This document shows positions 30,963 through 42,140 of a stretch of 64,000 nt of DNA, piece by piece. Under the pieces are notes generated by a model that saw only the letters and a program-made list of their open reading frames with translations, had not been told where the DNA came from and ran no database searches. A program made the translations under genes and the position numbers. Every line of letters begins with the position of its first letter. Position 1 is the stretch's first letter. This DNA comes from an uncultured Verrucomicrobiae bacterium (GTDB lineage: Bacteria; Verrucomicrobiota; Verrucomicrobiia; Chthoniobacterales; Chthoniobacteraceae), in contig CAWHEP010000002.1 of the NCBI GenBank assembly GCA_963828525.1, positions 416,001 to 480,000 on the forward strand. The letters run 5' to 3'.

Positions 30963-32350
30963 CGGCCCCTCCTGCGACGAGCTGCGCAGCACCTTCCGGC
31001 GGCGCCGGCGGCGGGAGCATGGGGGATCATCGATCGGATCGCTCGGCGGCGCCGAGATGGCGGCGCTCACGTATCCGCAGGCGAGGAAGAGCGGCAGGCA
31101 GCCCATGAAGGTCAGCGATTCGCGCACGATGCCCTCGCCGATGACGAAGAGCAGGCAGATCACGATCACGTCCATGCCGGCGAAATCGTGCGTTGTTCCG
31201 GCCCATCCAGAGCACGCGGAAGAAGTAGAGGCCAATGGCGAGCGCACCGGCGATGCCGAGATGGTAGGTATCCCAGAGGAATTGGTTATCCGCCCAGTGG
31301 AACATGGGCGCGATGCCCGGATCGATCTCCGAGCCGAATGGGCCCGCCGATGACCAGGATGATCGGGTCCTGCTCGAACGCGGCCAGCATGTTCGTCCAG
31401 TTATCGTCCCGCATGTAGGCGCTGCGTGAATCGCCCACGCGGGATTTCCTGAAGAATACGCCGCTGATTTCGTCCGTGAGCTGGCCCACCCCGGCGAAGC
31501 TGATGATGAGCGCGATGCCAACCCAGGCCAGCACGTAGGCCTTGGCCCAGCGGCGGGTGAGGCGTTGATCCAGCATATAGACCGCCGAGATCACTGTGCT
31601 GGCGAAGATGCCGAAGAGCGCCGAGCGACCGCCGGAGACCACCAGCATGATCGCGAAAACCCCGGCCCAGACGAATGCGGCCACCCGTTGCCAGATCTCG
31701 CGGGTAATGCTGGCCCAGGCGAGGCCGAGACCGCGCTCATGGCCATGAGATTCGCAAAGGAGAACACGTCGCGCTGGAGCCCGCGCACGCGGATATCCCC
31801 GTGCAGCTTCATTTCCTTCACCGTCTGCACGCCGAAGAGGGTATGCTCGTTCCAGGTGGGGGCGGTGGAAAAGAGATAGTGCCCCGCTGCCACTCGTAAG
31901 GCACCCACGGTCGCCTCCAGCAACAGCTCCGCGAGGGTCAGCGCCGATGAGGATGCCGAGCCATTGGTTCCAGTTGCGGATTCCGGAAGGCGAAGATGCC
32001 CGAGTAAAATCCAGTCCAGCCAGCTAAAGGTCCATTTCACCGTGCGGAGCGCCTCGAATCGGTATTCCGGATCGGCCACGGCCGGGATGAGAAGGAGCGG
32101 GACCAGCGGAGAATGGCGGATTGGCGCAGGACCCGGCGCAGATCGCCCATGCGAGAGAGCCAAATCAGGGTCGCGATCAGATGCGCCGCCAGCGCCAGGT
32201 CGCGCAGATACACGGCGCTGCCCAGGTAGAAACAGAAAGAAGCCGCTCGGGAAATAAAGCAGGGTAAGCGCCCATCCCGTATAGATGAGCAGCGAGATGC
32301 CTTGCTGCGCCGGCGGCTCGTCCCGCTGAAGTTGGAAAAAGCGCGTTCAT
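30959..32350 (-). CDS. Wzy/O-antigen ligase-like polytopic membrane protein; heavily frameshifted
   Basis: Hydrophobic fragments, SGGRSA and ADNQFL..YHLGIAG motifs typical of the Wzy_C region. Confidence 0.55.
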
Positions 32351-33648
32351 ACCGCGGCGGCCTCCTTTGGGGGCGTCACCGCGCCGATGGTCCGCCGGAA
32401 GAGACGCACCACTTCATTTCCCAGCACATCCGGGTCGCAGGATGGGCGTCTTCTTTCGCGCCGGCGCGCAGGCGTTCCAGGTTTTCCGGTTGTGCCAGCA
32501 GGTTGCGCACGGCCTTCTGCCAGCGCGCCGTGTCGCCCAGCGGGAGGAGCTGGCCATTCACACCCTCGCGCACCAGCTCCGGGATGCCGCCGATGCGGCT
32601 GGCCAGGATGGGGAGCCCGAGCTGTTTGGCCTGGTAGGCGACCAGCGGTGAGTTCTCAAACCACAGCGAAGGGATCATGAGCGATCGCTGCGAGCCATGA
32701 ATTGCCCCACCACTTCCGCGGGGACGCGCCCGGTGAATTTCACCCAGGCGCCCGGGCGTAGCGTTCCCGAGCGGTTGCAAAAGGGTCGCCGCTGCCCACC
32801 ATGATGGTTCCAGGCCGCCCGGCTCGGCGGCGAGCGGCTCCAGCATGCTCAAAAGGAACTCGACCCCCTTCGGCTTCCGTGAATTGGCCCACGTACAAGA
32901 GCCCGGAGCCGCGGAGCCGGCGCGGTGGTTCCGGAACTGCCTCCGGCGGCGGAGAAAAAATGAGCGGAAGCTGAATGCAGACCGCTTCCCGATGCCTGGG
33001 CAGATGCGGCCGGTAGCGCTCGAGCAGGGCCTGCGACGGCGACCAGAAGGCCAGGGGATCGATGGAGGAAAGATAGCCGCTATTTCACGAAGCCCGAGAC
33101 CGCGCAGGGAAGGTGCCGACGCGGGCAGCCTCGCCATCCTTGAACATGTTCATGTTCATGCAGAGGAACCCGAGATCGTGCAGCGTCTGCACGCACGGCA
33201 GCCTCTGCCGCCCGATTTCCCGCAGCAGGTTGTAGCCGATGCCCTGCAGGTCGTGGGTGTTCACGATATCCGGACGGAAGCGCTCGATCGCCTCCCGCAC
33301 GATCGGCTCCGCGTATGGTGTGAAATGATCCCGCGCATGCCAGAGCAGCTTGCGGTAGCAGCGCGCGTCTCGTCCGGCTTGGTAGATGGGTAGAGATTCG
33401 GAAAGAAGCGGCGCTCGATGGTGAAGCCGGCCTCGATCGGTAGAAATGCCGGCGTCCTCCCGGCTGCGGCGAACCGGTGAGCACGTGCACGTTATGTCCG
33501 GCGCGCGCCAGCCATACAGCCAGCGAATGCGCGGCCAATTCAGCCCCGCCCATAATGCAGGGAGGGAAGAGATTGGAGATGAGGAGGATGCGCAACGGGC
33601 GCTCGCAGCGCTCGCGGGCCGGCCGGATTTTTTCCAGAAAAGATGCAT
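32347..33648 (-). CDS. Glycosyltransferase family 4; frameshifted
   Basis: ILLISNLFPP..GGAE, RPDIV..H, TLHDL, KGVEFLL, PSLWFENSPLV, ASRIGGIPELV. Confidence 0.8.
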
Positions 33649-35175
33649 CAGTCTGGTGTGCGCGGCGGCGCACGCCCTCCAGCGCACGCGGTAGCTCCAG
33701 AGCTCCGCGGTCAGGCGGGGATTTAAAAATCCGGTCGGCGGCGATGTAGGTGATCGCTCCCGCCAGCACCGAAGCCGGGAGCAGAGGAGAGGGGGAGAGC
33801 GGGCAGCCGGATCGCGCAGCAGCCAGACCACCGCGGCCATGAGCGGCCGCCGCCGCGGCCTGCGGGGAGAGAAGCCGGAGAAAACTGCACGGGGTGAAAA
33901 CCCGGCCATGCGGCGCAGCACGGCCAGCTCCAGGGGGTAGAGAAGCAGCGCCGCGCAAGGCGTATCCGATGGCGACCGCGGAAGGCCCCCAATGGATCGC
34001 AACGGTGAAGACCGCGAGGTTGGCCACGGCATGCGCGGTGGCGAGTCGGAGCAGGCTTGTGGATGCCCGCGCGCGAGCAGCGCCGATTGATGAACGGTGG
34101 AAAGAGCCTCCAGCGGGCAGGCGAGCAGCAGAGCCTGCATGACGGGCACCGCTGGCGCCCATTTGGTCCCGAGGAAGAGCGCGATGACATCCGGCGCCAC
34201 GAGCGCGAGCCCCACCGCCACGGGCAGGATGAGCGCGCTCTGCATTTCCACAGCTTCATAAACGGTCGCCTTGAAGCGCGCCTCCTCGTTTTGCAAACGG
34301 GAGAGTACCGAAACCGTGACCCGGCCGAAGGAACGGATGAGCACTTCGCTCACCAGCATGGCCACCCGCGAGCCCACGGAATAGAAGCCGCCGAGCACAG
34401 GGCCGAAAAACCGGCCCACGAAAAGTTGATCCGAGCGGCGGTTCACCAGCCCGACGAGGTCGGACCAAAGCAAATGGACGCCGAAGCGCAGGAGCCGCTT
34501 CGCCCGTTGCGCGGAGAAGTGGAGGCGGGGGCGCCAGGAGGTCGCGCTCCAGAGGAGGACGAAATTCAAAAGCCAGATGGTGAGCTGCTGGGCGACCAGG
34601 CTCCAGGCCCCGCGCCCCTTTGATCGCGCAGAGAACGGCCACGATGCCGCCGCCCAAATAAGAGAGAAACGTGCGCGAGGCGAGCTGCCGGAAGCGCATT
34701 TCGCGCGTCGAGCAGGTTATTCGGCACATCCGTCAGCGCCGCGAGCAGGAGCACGGGGGAAAGGCCGCGCAGGACCGGGCCAAGCCCGGGGGTCCGGATC
34801 CAGGCTTCGGCAGTTCGCACCCGCGCATCGTGAGGAGGACGAGACGGCGCCCACGCCCAGGTTGATCCAGAAAATCGTGTCCAGATGCAGTTCGTCCAGG
34901 TCTTCGAATTGCAGGATCGCCTGTCCCAGCCCTTGAAAAATCAAATACTGCGCCACCAGCACGATAGATCGTCGCCACGGCGATCACGCCGAAATCGCGC
35001 CGGCGAAAGAAGCCGCGCCAGAAGCGAGGAAAACCAGAAACGACACGCCCTGGCCGCCGAAGCTCTCCAGTGCCGACCAGGTGGCTCCGCGCACCGCCCC
35101 CACACGTCCGGTCTCCGTCGGCCGGGGCGTGCCGATCACCGGGTTCGCGGGCAGGGATTTGCTCAGGACAGGCAT
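33648..35175 (-). CDS. Wzx/WzxC-type flippase (lipopolysaccharide biosynthesis protein); frameshifted
   Basis: VRGATWS, DTIFWIN, REMRFRQL, WRPRLHFS..LLRFG, GTKWAPAVP. Confidence 0.82.
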
Positions 35176-35221
35176 CGGTGACCCTTCTGGAATGCGCCGG
35201 CGAAGTCGGTGGGAAATTCGT

Positions 35222-36331
35222 TCACAGCCATTTGGAAAGCGTCGCGGTGACATCGTCCACCGGCAGGAATTTCATGCAGGGCGTGACATTCGCGGGGAAT
35301 TCAAATCCCAGGTTGAGATACCCTCTCTGGCCCTCGCGCGGCGCCAGCGCCACGGTCTTTGCTCCAATGGGTCCCCAGCGATCCGGATTCGTAGGCCCGT
35401 GCAGGCCGATCGTCGCCACATCGATCAGCGCGGCCAGATGCATAATGCCCGTATTCACGCTGACCACGGCCTCCGCGCCTTTGAGGATCAGCACCGTCTC
35501 CGCGATGCTGCATTTTCCCGCGTACGATCTCGCCTGCAAATCCGGTTCGCGGGCGAGCAACGCCTTGAGCAGGCGTTCGCCCGGGCCGGCGTCTTCCTTG
35601 CCTCCCGTAATCACCACCGCCAGTTTCCTCCGGTGGCACCAGGCCCCCAATGCACACCAGTAGTCAGAAGGCCATTCCTTCAATTGTTTTCCGCTGCCGC
35701 TGGCCCACGGATGAAAGACCACATAGCGGCCCGCCGGCAAATCCGCCGGCGGCGATCCCGCCGGAATGGTAAGGCTGTGATCCCAAGACTCACTGTCCGC
35801 GCAGGGGCTCAGTAGCGCGCGCTGGTTCAACAGCTCATGCCGCGTATTGGAATGCGGCACGGCGGCGTCGTAAGCGAAGTGCCGGGCCTGTCCCTGGGTG
35901 CGGAAACCAATGGTGAACATGGCTCCGGAAAGCGCGACCAGCAGGGCGTTGATGCGCGGCCAGCTTCCGTAGTCGATCAGGACATCCGGCCGCAACTCGC
36001 GCAATTGCGCCAGCGCGCGCCACGGCTCCAGCACTTGCACGACCTTGATCTCATCGACCGGTGGGAGCAGATCCGCCGCCCTTCTGTTATCCGGGCCCAG
36101 CGCGAGGGTCAGCCTGGCCTGCGGCCAGTGCTCCCTGATCAGCCGGATCGCACCTGCCATGAATAGGGTGTCGCCGATGGCCGCCGTCTGCAGGAGGACT
36201 ACGCTGCGCACGCGGGCCGGCAGCTTCCTGCGGCGCCGCAGGAGACCCAGCACCCAGAGCAGGGGCACGCCCAGCATGAAATCCATCTGCCGGCGAAAGC
36301 TGGAGCCGCGTTGTCCTCTCATGGCGCGCAT
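35222..36331 (-). CDS. Glycosyltransferase family 9 (heptosyltransferase-like)
   Basis: AIGDTL, VVFHPWASG..KEWP, VSVNTGIMHLAA, LHGPT.P.RWGP. Confidence 0.88.
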   Translation of the reverse strand: MRAMRGQRGSSFRRQMDFMLGVPLLWVLGLLRRRRKLPARVRSVVLLQTAAIGDTLFMAGAIRLIREHWPQARLTLALGPDNRRAADLLPPVDEIKVVQVLEPWRALAQLRELRPDVLIDYGSWPRINALLVALSGAMFTIGFRTQGQARHFAYDAAVPHSNTRHELLNQRALLSPCADSESWDHSLTIPAGSPPADLPAGRYVVFHPWASGSGKQLKEWPSDYWCALGAWCHRRKLAVVITGGKEDAGPGERLLKALLAREPDLQARSYAGKCSIAETVLILKGAEAVVSVNTGIMHLAALIDVATIGLHGPTNPDRWGPIGAKTVALAPREGQRGYLNLGFEFPANVTPCMKFLPVDDVTATLSKWL

Positions 36332-37403
36332 CCTTCACTGTAAAGCGCGAAGGTCGCATCGACCATGCCTTGTGCGGAAAACTCCTGCTCGGCCCGCCGC
36401 CGGCCCGCCGCGGAAAGTTTGCGCCAATACTCCGGGTCATCCGCCAAGCGCGACAACGCTGCCGCCGCGCCGGCCGGCTCCGACAATTTAAAGAGCACGC
36501 CGTTAACATCAGTGGCGACGGCATCGCGGTTTCCATCCACGTCGGTGGCGATCACCGGCACGCCGTGTGCCATCGCTTCGAGCAAGGCCAGGGGCAGCCC
36601 TTCCCAGCGGGAGGTCGAAATCACGCAAAACGCCGTCTCCAGGTACTTGCCGATGCTGGAGACATTGCCGGCAAACTCGACTGCGCCGCGACGCCTGCCC
36701 GGCGAAGTTCTTGCTCGAAGGCGGCGCGTCCGTCGCCATCGCCCAGGATCAAGAAGCGAAATCGTTCCAGTTCTCCGCTCTTCTTCAGCGCCTCCAAGAT
36801 TCCGGTCAGGAGTTCGCTGTTCTTCTGGTAGACGAAGCGCGTGACATGGATGACCGGGAACGGCGGCCCTGGCCTCTCGCGGCTTTCTAACAGCGGCGGA
36901 AGCGAGACTCCGTTCACGATCGTGACAATGCCGTCGCGCTTGCCGCAAATTCCGAGCAAGTTGCGCTTTTCGCTGTCCGAAACTGCGATGATCTTAGTCG
37001 AGAAAAACGAGAGAACATACTCCATAACTCCGTCGCAAAGTGTCTTGAAGCTCTGCACGGGCATGGCGCCGTGCGGGGTGTAGTAGCACTGAAAGCCCTT
37101 GAGCAAAGCGATCGTCCTGCCGTAGAGCCCCGCCGCTCGGCCGTGCGCATGAACGGTTCGGACGTGACGGTCTTTCATCTGCTTCAGGATCGCCGAGAGA
37201 GCCGTGAGGCTGAATTTGCGGCGCGGAATCCTCACCATGTTGCCAAGACCGACGATCTCGCCGAACCGCGTCCAGTAGGGCTCTTCCTCCGGGCAGGCCA
37301 CGTGGATTTCCATGCGGTCGCGCATTCCGGATACCAGCCGGTAAACGTGCTCCGGTCCTCCGCTGACATCTGCGCGCCCGGTAATCATCAGGATACTCTT
37401 CAT
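36319..37403 (-). CDS. Glycosyltransferase family 4; frameshifted
   Basis: GGPEHV, VHAHG, YTPHG, IVNGV, YQKN; second frame SRWEGLPLALLEAMAHGVPVIATDV. Confidence 0.85.
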
Positions 37404-38590
37404 CGCTGCAAGGCGCGGGCTTCCTCGTAAATCCCTCTATACTGCCCTGCGATGGAATCAGCCGAAAAATTCCGGGCGGCTTCCAGGCAATGGGAGCGCA
37501 TCCCTTCACACTCCGCCCGTGTCAGGCGGCTGAGCACCGCCGAGAATTCCTGCGGATCTTCGGGCTCGAACAGGAACCCCGTTTTCCCCTCCTCCACGAT
37601 TTCCGGTTGCCCCCCGCGGCGGCTCGCGACCACCGGGACGCCGAAGGAATAGGCCTCGAATAAAATCCGCGGCAACGGCTCCTGCCAAAGCGCCGGAAGA
37701 ACCAGGGCATCGATGCGGGAAAGAAGATTTTCTGGAGGCACAAAGCCCATGAACTCGATGCGCGATCCCGCGAATCTTTCTCTCAGCTTGGCTTCGTATT
37801 CCCCGTCCCCCTTGCCGGCCACCAGCAACTGCGCCTCTTTGCCCGGCAGCCTGGTGAAAACCTCCGCGAGTTGTTCGAAACCCTTGGAAGGATGCAACTG
37901 CCCCAGGTACCCCAGCCTAAGCGGTCCCACTTTGGCAGGAAACTCCGCCTTTTGGGTAAGAGGGCGCTCATAGATGTTATAGACGACTCGCGCGATCTCC
38001 GCGTGGCGAAAGTACCCGGCTTTCAGGTGGCGATCCAAAGTATACCGGCTTACTCCCACCACTGCCCGCACGCGTTGCGATCTCGCCTTGCGGATCACGC
38101 TGAAGGCGGCGCACGGCGTGCATTGTCCCACGCAATTTTGTCCGTTCTCAAACATCCTCGACTTGGGGCAGAGCAGGTAATAGTCGCGAAGGGTATGCAC
38201 CACCGGCACGTTCTCCTTGCGGGCGGCGTCCCACACGGCGGCCGAAAATCCCCCGATGGTATTGGTGTGCAGGACTTCGGCTTTTTGACTCCGGAGGAAG
38301 CTCCTCACCTTTGCCGCCATCATTGGGTTATAGGTATCGACGGCGTGCCAGGCCAGCTTCACTGCCTGGTTAGAGGGGGCTTGGGGCCACCGGTAGACAT
38401 TGACTTGCGGCAGGTAGTGAACCTTTACGCCATTGATGCAGCTTGAGGATTCATCCCCGGTGGCGGCGCTGGTGAGGACGGAAACATCATGGCCGTCCCG
38501 CGCCATCTTCTCAGCCAGCGCCTGCACGGACCGCTCCGCACCGCCCCGGATGTTCGGCTCGTACAAGGTATTCAGGTAGACGATCTTCAT
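37400..38590 (-). CDS. Glycosyltransferase family 4
   Basis: GGAERSV, HTLRDYYLLCP, YLGQL..SKG, LWQEP..EA..GVPVVAS..GG.PEIV. Confidence 0.9.
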   Translation of the reverse strand: MKIVYLNTLYEPNIRGGAERSVQALAEKMARDGHDVSVLTSAATGDESSSCINGVKVHYLPQVNVYRWPQAPSNQAVKLAWHAVDTYNPMMAAKVRSFLRSQKAEVLHTNTIGGFSAAVWDAARKENVPVVHTLRDYYLLCPKSRMFENGQNCVGQCTPCAAFSVIRKARSQRVRAVVGVSRYTLDRHLKAGYFRHAEIARVVYNIYERPLTQKAEFPAKVGPLRLGYLGQLHPSKGFEQLAEVFTRLPGKEAQLLVAGKGDGEYEAKLRERFAGSRIEFMGFVPPENLLSRIDALVLPALWQEPLPRILFEAYSFGVPVVASRRGGQPEIVEEGKTGFLFEPEDPQEFSAVLSRLTRAECEGMRSHCLEAARNFSADSIAGQYRGIYEEARALQR

Positions 38591-38600
38591 CACGCGCCGG

Positions 38601-40773
38601 TTAGGGAGAGGAAACTTGAAGCAATACGGATTGCATGGGGGCCAGCTCGATTGTGCTCCCGCTGATTTTGTTGCCTTGCAGGAGATCAACCGCGCTGCCG
38701 GAGACCGGAATGTTGACGGTCTGGGATTGATTCAGGAGGTTGGTCATTGGAACCAGAGTCCCCGCCGCTGCCGGCACTGTACGGTACTCGATTCCCCATG
38801 CCGGAGTGCCTTGGTCCGCCATGGTCAGTTTTGCCAGGGGATATCCCTGGGTGGCCAGAAACGCCGAGAGAGCCGCGGAAAAATCGCTGTCTTTTACGGA
38901 GCCCGTCCAGTCGATGGCGGAAGCAGGAAGCGTCTCGCCGCGCGTGCGGCCATATTCATCGAAAGCGGCATTATTCGCCCCCATTGCCAGCAGTTTTCCG
39001 TCATTTTTGACAAAGGCGAGCAGACCGGCGAAAGCTTTCTCAGTCACATGGGTCGCGCGGGGAAGGATCAGCCATTGCACGTTTTGGTTGGCCGCGGAGC
39101 GGTTTCCGGAGACGAGCTGATTTTCACTGATGAAAGTAATGGGCTGGCCCAGGAAATTGAGAGCACTGTAGGCGGCGGCGGCGGCCTTGGGGTAGTCGCC
39201 TTCCCAGAAGAGGGAGGGGACGGAGTAAAGAATGGCGATCTTGGCTGGATTCGCATTCACCGCCGACAATTCCGCGGCCAGGCGGTTCGCATCGAGCATC
39301 GCGGCGCCGGCTGCGTAGGCGTTGGCTGGCCGAAAGTAAATGCTGCCATGGAGATCCGGTGCGAAGGCTTCCTCCCAGGTCCACACGGCCGTCGCCGCCT
39401 GGTGGTGCAGGCTTCCCTGCCACAGGACACAGTGGGTGTGCTCAGGCGCCACATGAGTAGCGGGAGTGCGGTCCGCAATGAGATGGTTCTCCGAATTGAA
39501 AACCGGCTGGCTCCGAAAGGAGTAAAGAAGGTCATACCACATTTCCTCCGTCTGCCAGTTATAAGCATAGCCGTTGGTGGCGCCCGGAAAGGCCCAGCAA
39601 TCGTTCCCCGCCAGGTCGGTGATCTGGCAAATCAACTCCGGATCGATTCCGTAGGAAAGACGAGTCCGGTCGAAGATATATGCCATGATCTTGACATGCG
39701 TCGGCACGCTGGGAGCCACGGCTTTGACGGTGGCGTTCATCCAGCTAAACCAGGCGGCAAAATGTTCCTGGTTGAAGCGAACCCAATCGTAGTAGCTCCG
39801 TGCCGCATTTAAATTGCCCGGCATTTCGGGTTCGGGCACTGGAACCTGATCGAAACTGGCAAACTGCGTTCCATACAGCGTATTCAGGTCGGCAATGGTG
39901 GGATGGTGATCCTGCAAGTATTGAGTCCACGCGGCACGGCTGTATGGATCCCGTCCGCTCAGTTGGTAAGTAGGCTCGTTCTCCAGGCAAACCCCGAACA
40001 GGGCCGGCGAATCTTTAATGACCGGCAGAAAAGCAGTCAGCCATTCCTGGATGACCTGGCGCGCCACCGGGTGGTCGATGTTGAACTTGATAGCTCCGAT
40101 GGCATCCTTGTTTTGGATATCTGCGGCCTTCTTCATGGCCCAGGCGGGAAAGTAATGCGGCGAGAGGAGAACATCCACTTTGACTCCGGCCTTGGCGCCG
40201 CTTCCCAAGGTTGTCTTGATCGACAAAGCTTCCGCCGAGAGGGTCCCGTTAGAGTTCATATCCCGCGGCCCGCGCTCTTGCTCCACTAGGTCGCTTCCCA
40301 GGCGCCATAGGAGCGGAATCTCCTTGCCCGCGGTCGCGAAATGGCCAAAGCCGGAATATGAAAACGACTTCAAATCGACCGCCCCGGCGCCAGGCCGCGG
40401 AACGGCCGCTCCTTCGCCTGGGTTTTGCAGGCGCTGCGTCATGTCGTCGATAATGGAATTGACTTCCTGGACCTGCAGCCGGGCTCCACGGCGGGGTTTG
40501 TTGTGGATTGGGCGGAACTTGTTCGATCCTGTTTAGGAAGCGGGTGACCAAGGCAGACCCGAGATTTAGGTAGGGGTCGTTCTGAAGGTTCGGATGGGCT
40601 TCCAAGGCATCCCGCCAGTGGTCGAACCTTCCCCTTGCCACTTCCGGATCATTTACCCGGTAGTCCGGCGGCACCGTGGGCTGTGCGCCAAGGTTAAAGG
40701 ATAGAAGCAACCCCAGAATTCCTGCCACCGAAGTGCGGGCCCTTCGCAGGACTCGTCGAAAATACTTTCGCAT
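38601..40773 (-). CDS. GH42-like beta-galactosidase/glycan hydrolase (TIM barrel plus trimerisation-like domain); N-terminal frameshift
   Basis: LLSPHYFPAW, ENEP (clan GH-A acid/base), IADLN..YGT.F.SF..V..P, YYDW.RF, NSENH, AKIAILYS. Confidence 0.7.
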
Positions 40774-40814
40774 GAGCACCTATCTTTGCCGAAGATTCGC
40801 GGCGAAAGCTCCGG

Positions 40815-42140
40815 TCACGGAAGATGCTCCTTTCGCGATAGATAGACAGGCCGCTCTTCCCACTCTGAATCGTCCTCTGGAAGTTCCTCTTCAGACAGAG
40901 AATCGAAATCCTCCTCCTCATCTTTCTCTGCAAAGAAGGTCGTTGAAGCCGTCAGGAGCAGGAAAGCGATTTCCGGGGTGTTCAAGGTAACTCCCGTGGC
41001 GAAGAAAAACGCGCCGCAAACCAGCGGGAAGACATGTTCCTGGGCATCGGTTAGCTTGGAGTACCAGCCCCTCATCAAGACCGAAAAGATAAGGACTGCG
41101 CCGACGATGCCGAACGTCACCAGGATAAAAATGAAGAAGCTGTCGGCGGGGTTATAGATCTCCGGCTCAAAATGTTTCTGGCCGGAACCGATCCCGCCGA
41201 TGCCGCGGCCCAGCAGATACGAGCCTTGTTCCTTCAGCAGGTAAAGCGCATCGCGCCAGACTTCATTTGCACGCGTGGTAAAGGATTGCGTGTTGGACAT
41301 GCCGCCGCCGCCCACATCGGCGATGAAATCGAGAACCGCGGGGAATTTCATCCCCAATGTCGCGAGGATTGCGGACAGCAGCGGGATGGGCAGGAGAAAC
41401 CATCGCAAGCTTCTCAAGGGCCTTGAGTCGACCACCATCCACACCAGCACGGCCACGGAAAAGCCAATCAAAGGACTGCGCGCCGTCGTCAGGAGCATCG
41501 CCATCAAAGAAGCGGCAACGTAAAGGAGCTGCATCGGACGCCGCCGGGTGGCGCAAAGCAACGCGAGCCCGAACAAGCCCACATGGCTGGCCGCGTCCGC
41601 GGAGTTGCGGGCCAGGCCCCCGACTCGGTCTTCGCCGTCGATCGTCCATTGCCGCTGCCCTTCGATGGCCGCATCGCCGATATCGTAAGTGAATCCCGCC
41701 CAGGGGAGATTTACGCTGGCACTGAGGCCGACGCCCGCCGCGGCGGCGAACCAAAGCAGAAAGATCCACTTAAAGTATTTTCTCGCCTGCAGGAATCCCG
41801 ACTTGATGGCCACCCCGGCGAAGAGCGGCAGGAAACTCTTGAGGCCAAATAACGATTGCGCCCAATTTTTGCTGAATGATTCGCCGACGGCGGTCCAGAA
41901 TACAGCTCCCAAGGCCATAATCATGACAATGCGAAGAGTGCGCCGGTCGCCCGTGGAGAGAGCGTGAAGCAGGCCCAGCCCCAACCCGAGGAACAGGACG
42001 ACATCCCGCAGATACAAAAGCATCTCCAAATGGACTCCGGCCAGGATCCAGCGGATCGCCCCTTCGCCGACATTGATGAAGCAGTACAGCCAGGCGCAAA
42101 ACTCGGCGGCTGGGAGATAGTTCCTGGAAGATTGTTTCAT
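40815..42140 (-). CDS. Wzy-like polysaccharide polymerase
   Basis: About 11 TM segments, RVGG, TARS, LLGRGIGGIG, ADSFFI. Confidence 0.65.
   Translation of the reverse strand: MKQSSRNYLPAAEFCAWLYCFINVGEGAIRWILAGVHLEMLLYLRDVVLFLGLGLGLLHALSTGDRRTLRIVMIMALGAVFWTAVGESFSKNWAQSLFGLKSFLPLFAGVAIKSGFLQARKYFKWIFLLWFAAAAGVGLSASVNLPWAGFTYDIGDAAIEGQRQWTIDGEDRVGGLARNSADAASHVGLFGLALLCATRRRPMQLLYVAASLMAMLLTTARSPLIGFSVAVLVWMVVDSRPLRSLRWFLLPIPLLSAILATLGMKFPAVLDFIADVGGGGMSNTQSFTTRANEVWRDALYLLKEQGSYLLGRGIGGIGSGQKHFEPEIYNPADSFFIFILVTFGIVGAVLIFSVLMRGWYSKLTDAQEHVFPLVCGAFFFATGVTLNTPEIAFLLLTASTTFFAEKDEEEDFDSLSEEELPEDDSEWEERPVYLSRKEHLP

Noticed and set aside
33085..34569. Apparent flippase-glycosyltransferase fusion ORFs
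   Set aside because: Produced by indels; a TGATG stop/start overlap near 33648 separates the two genes
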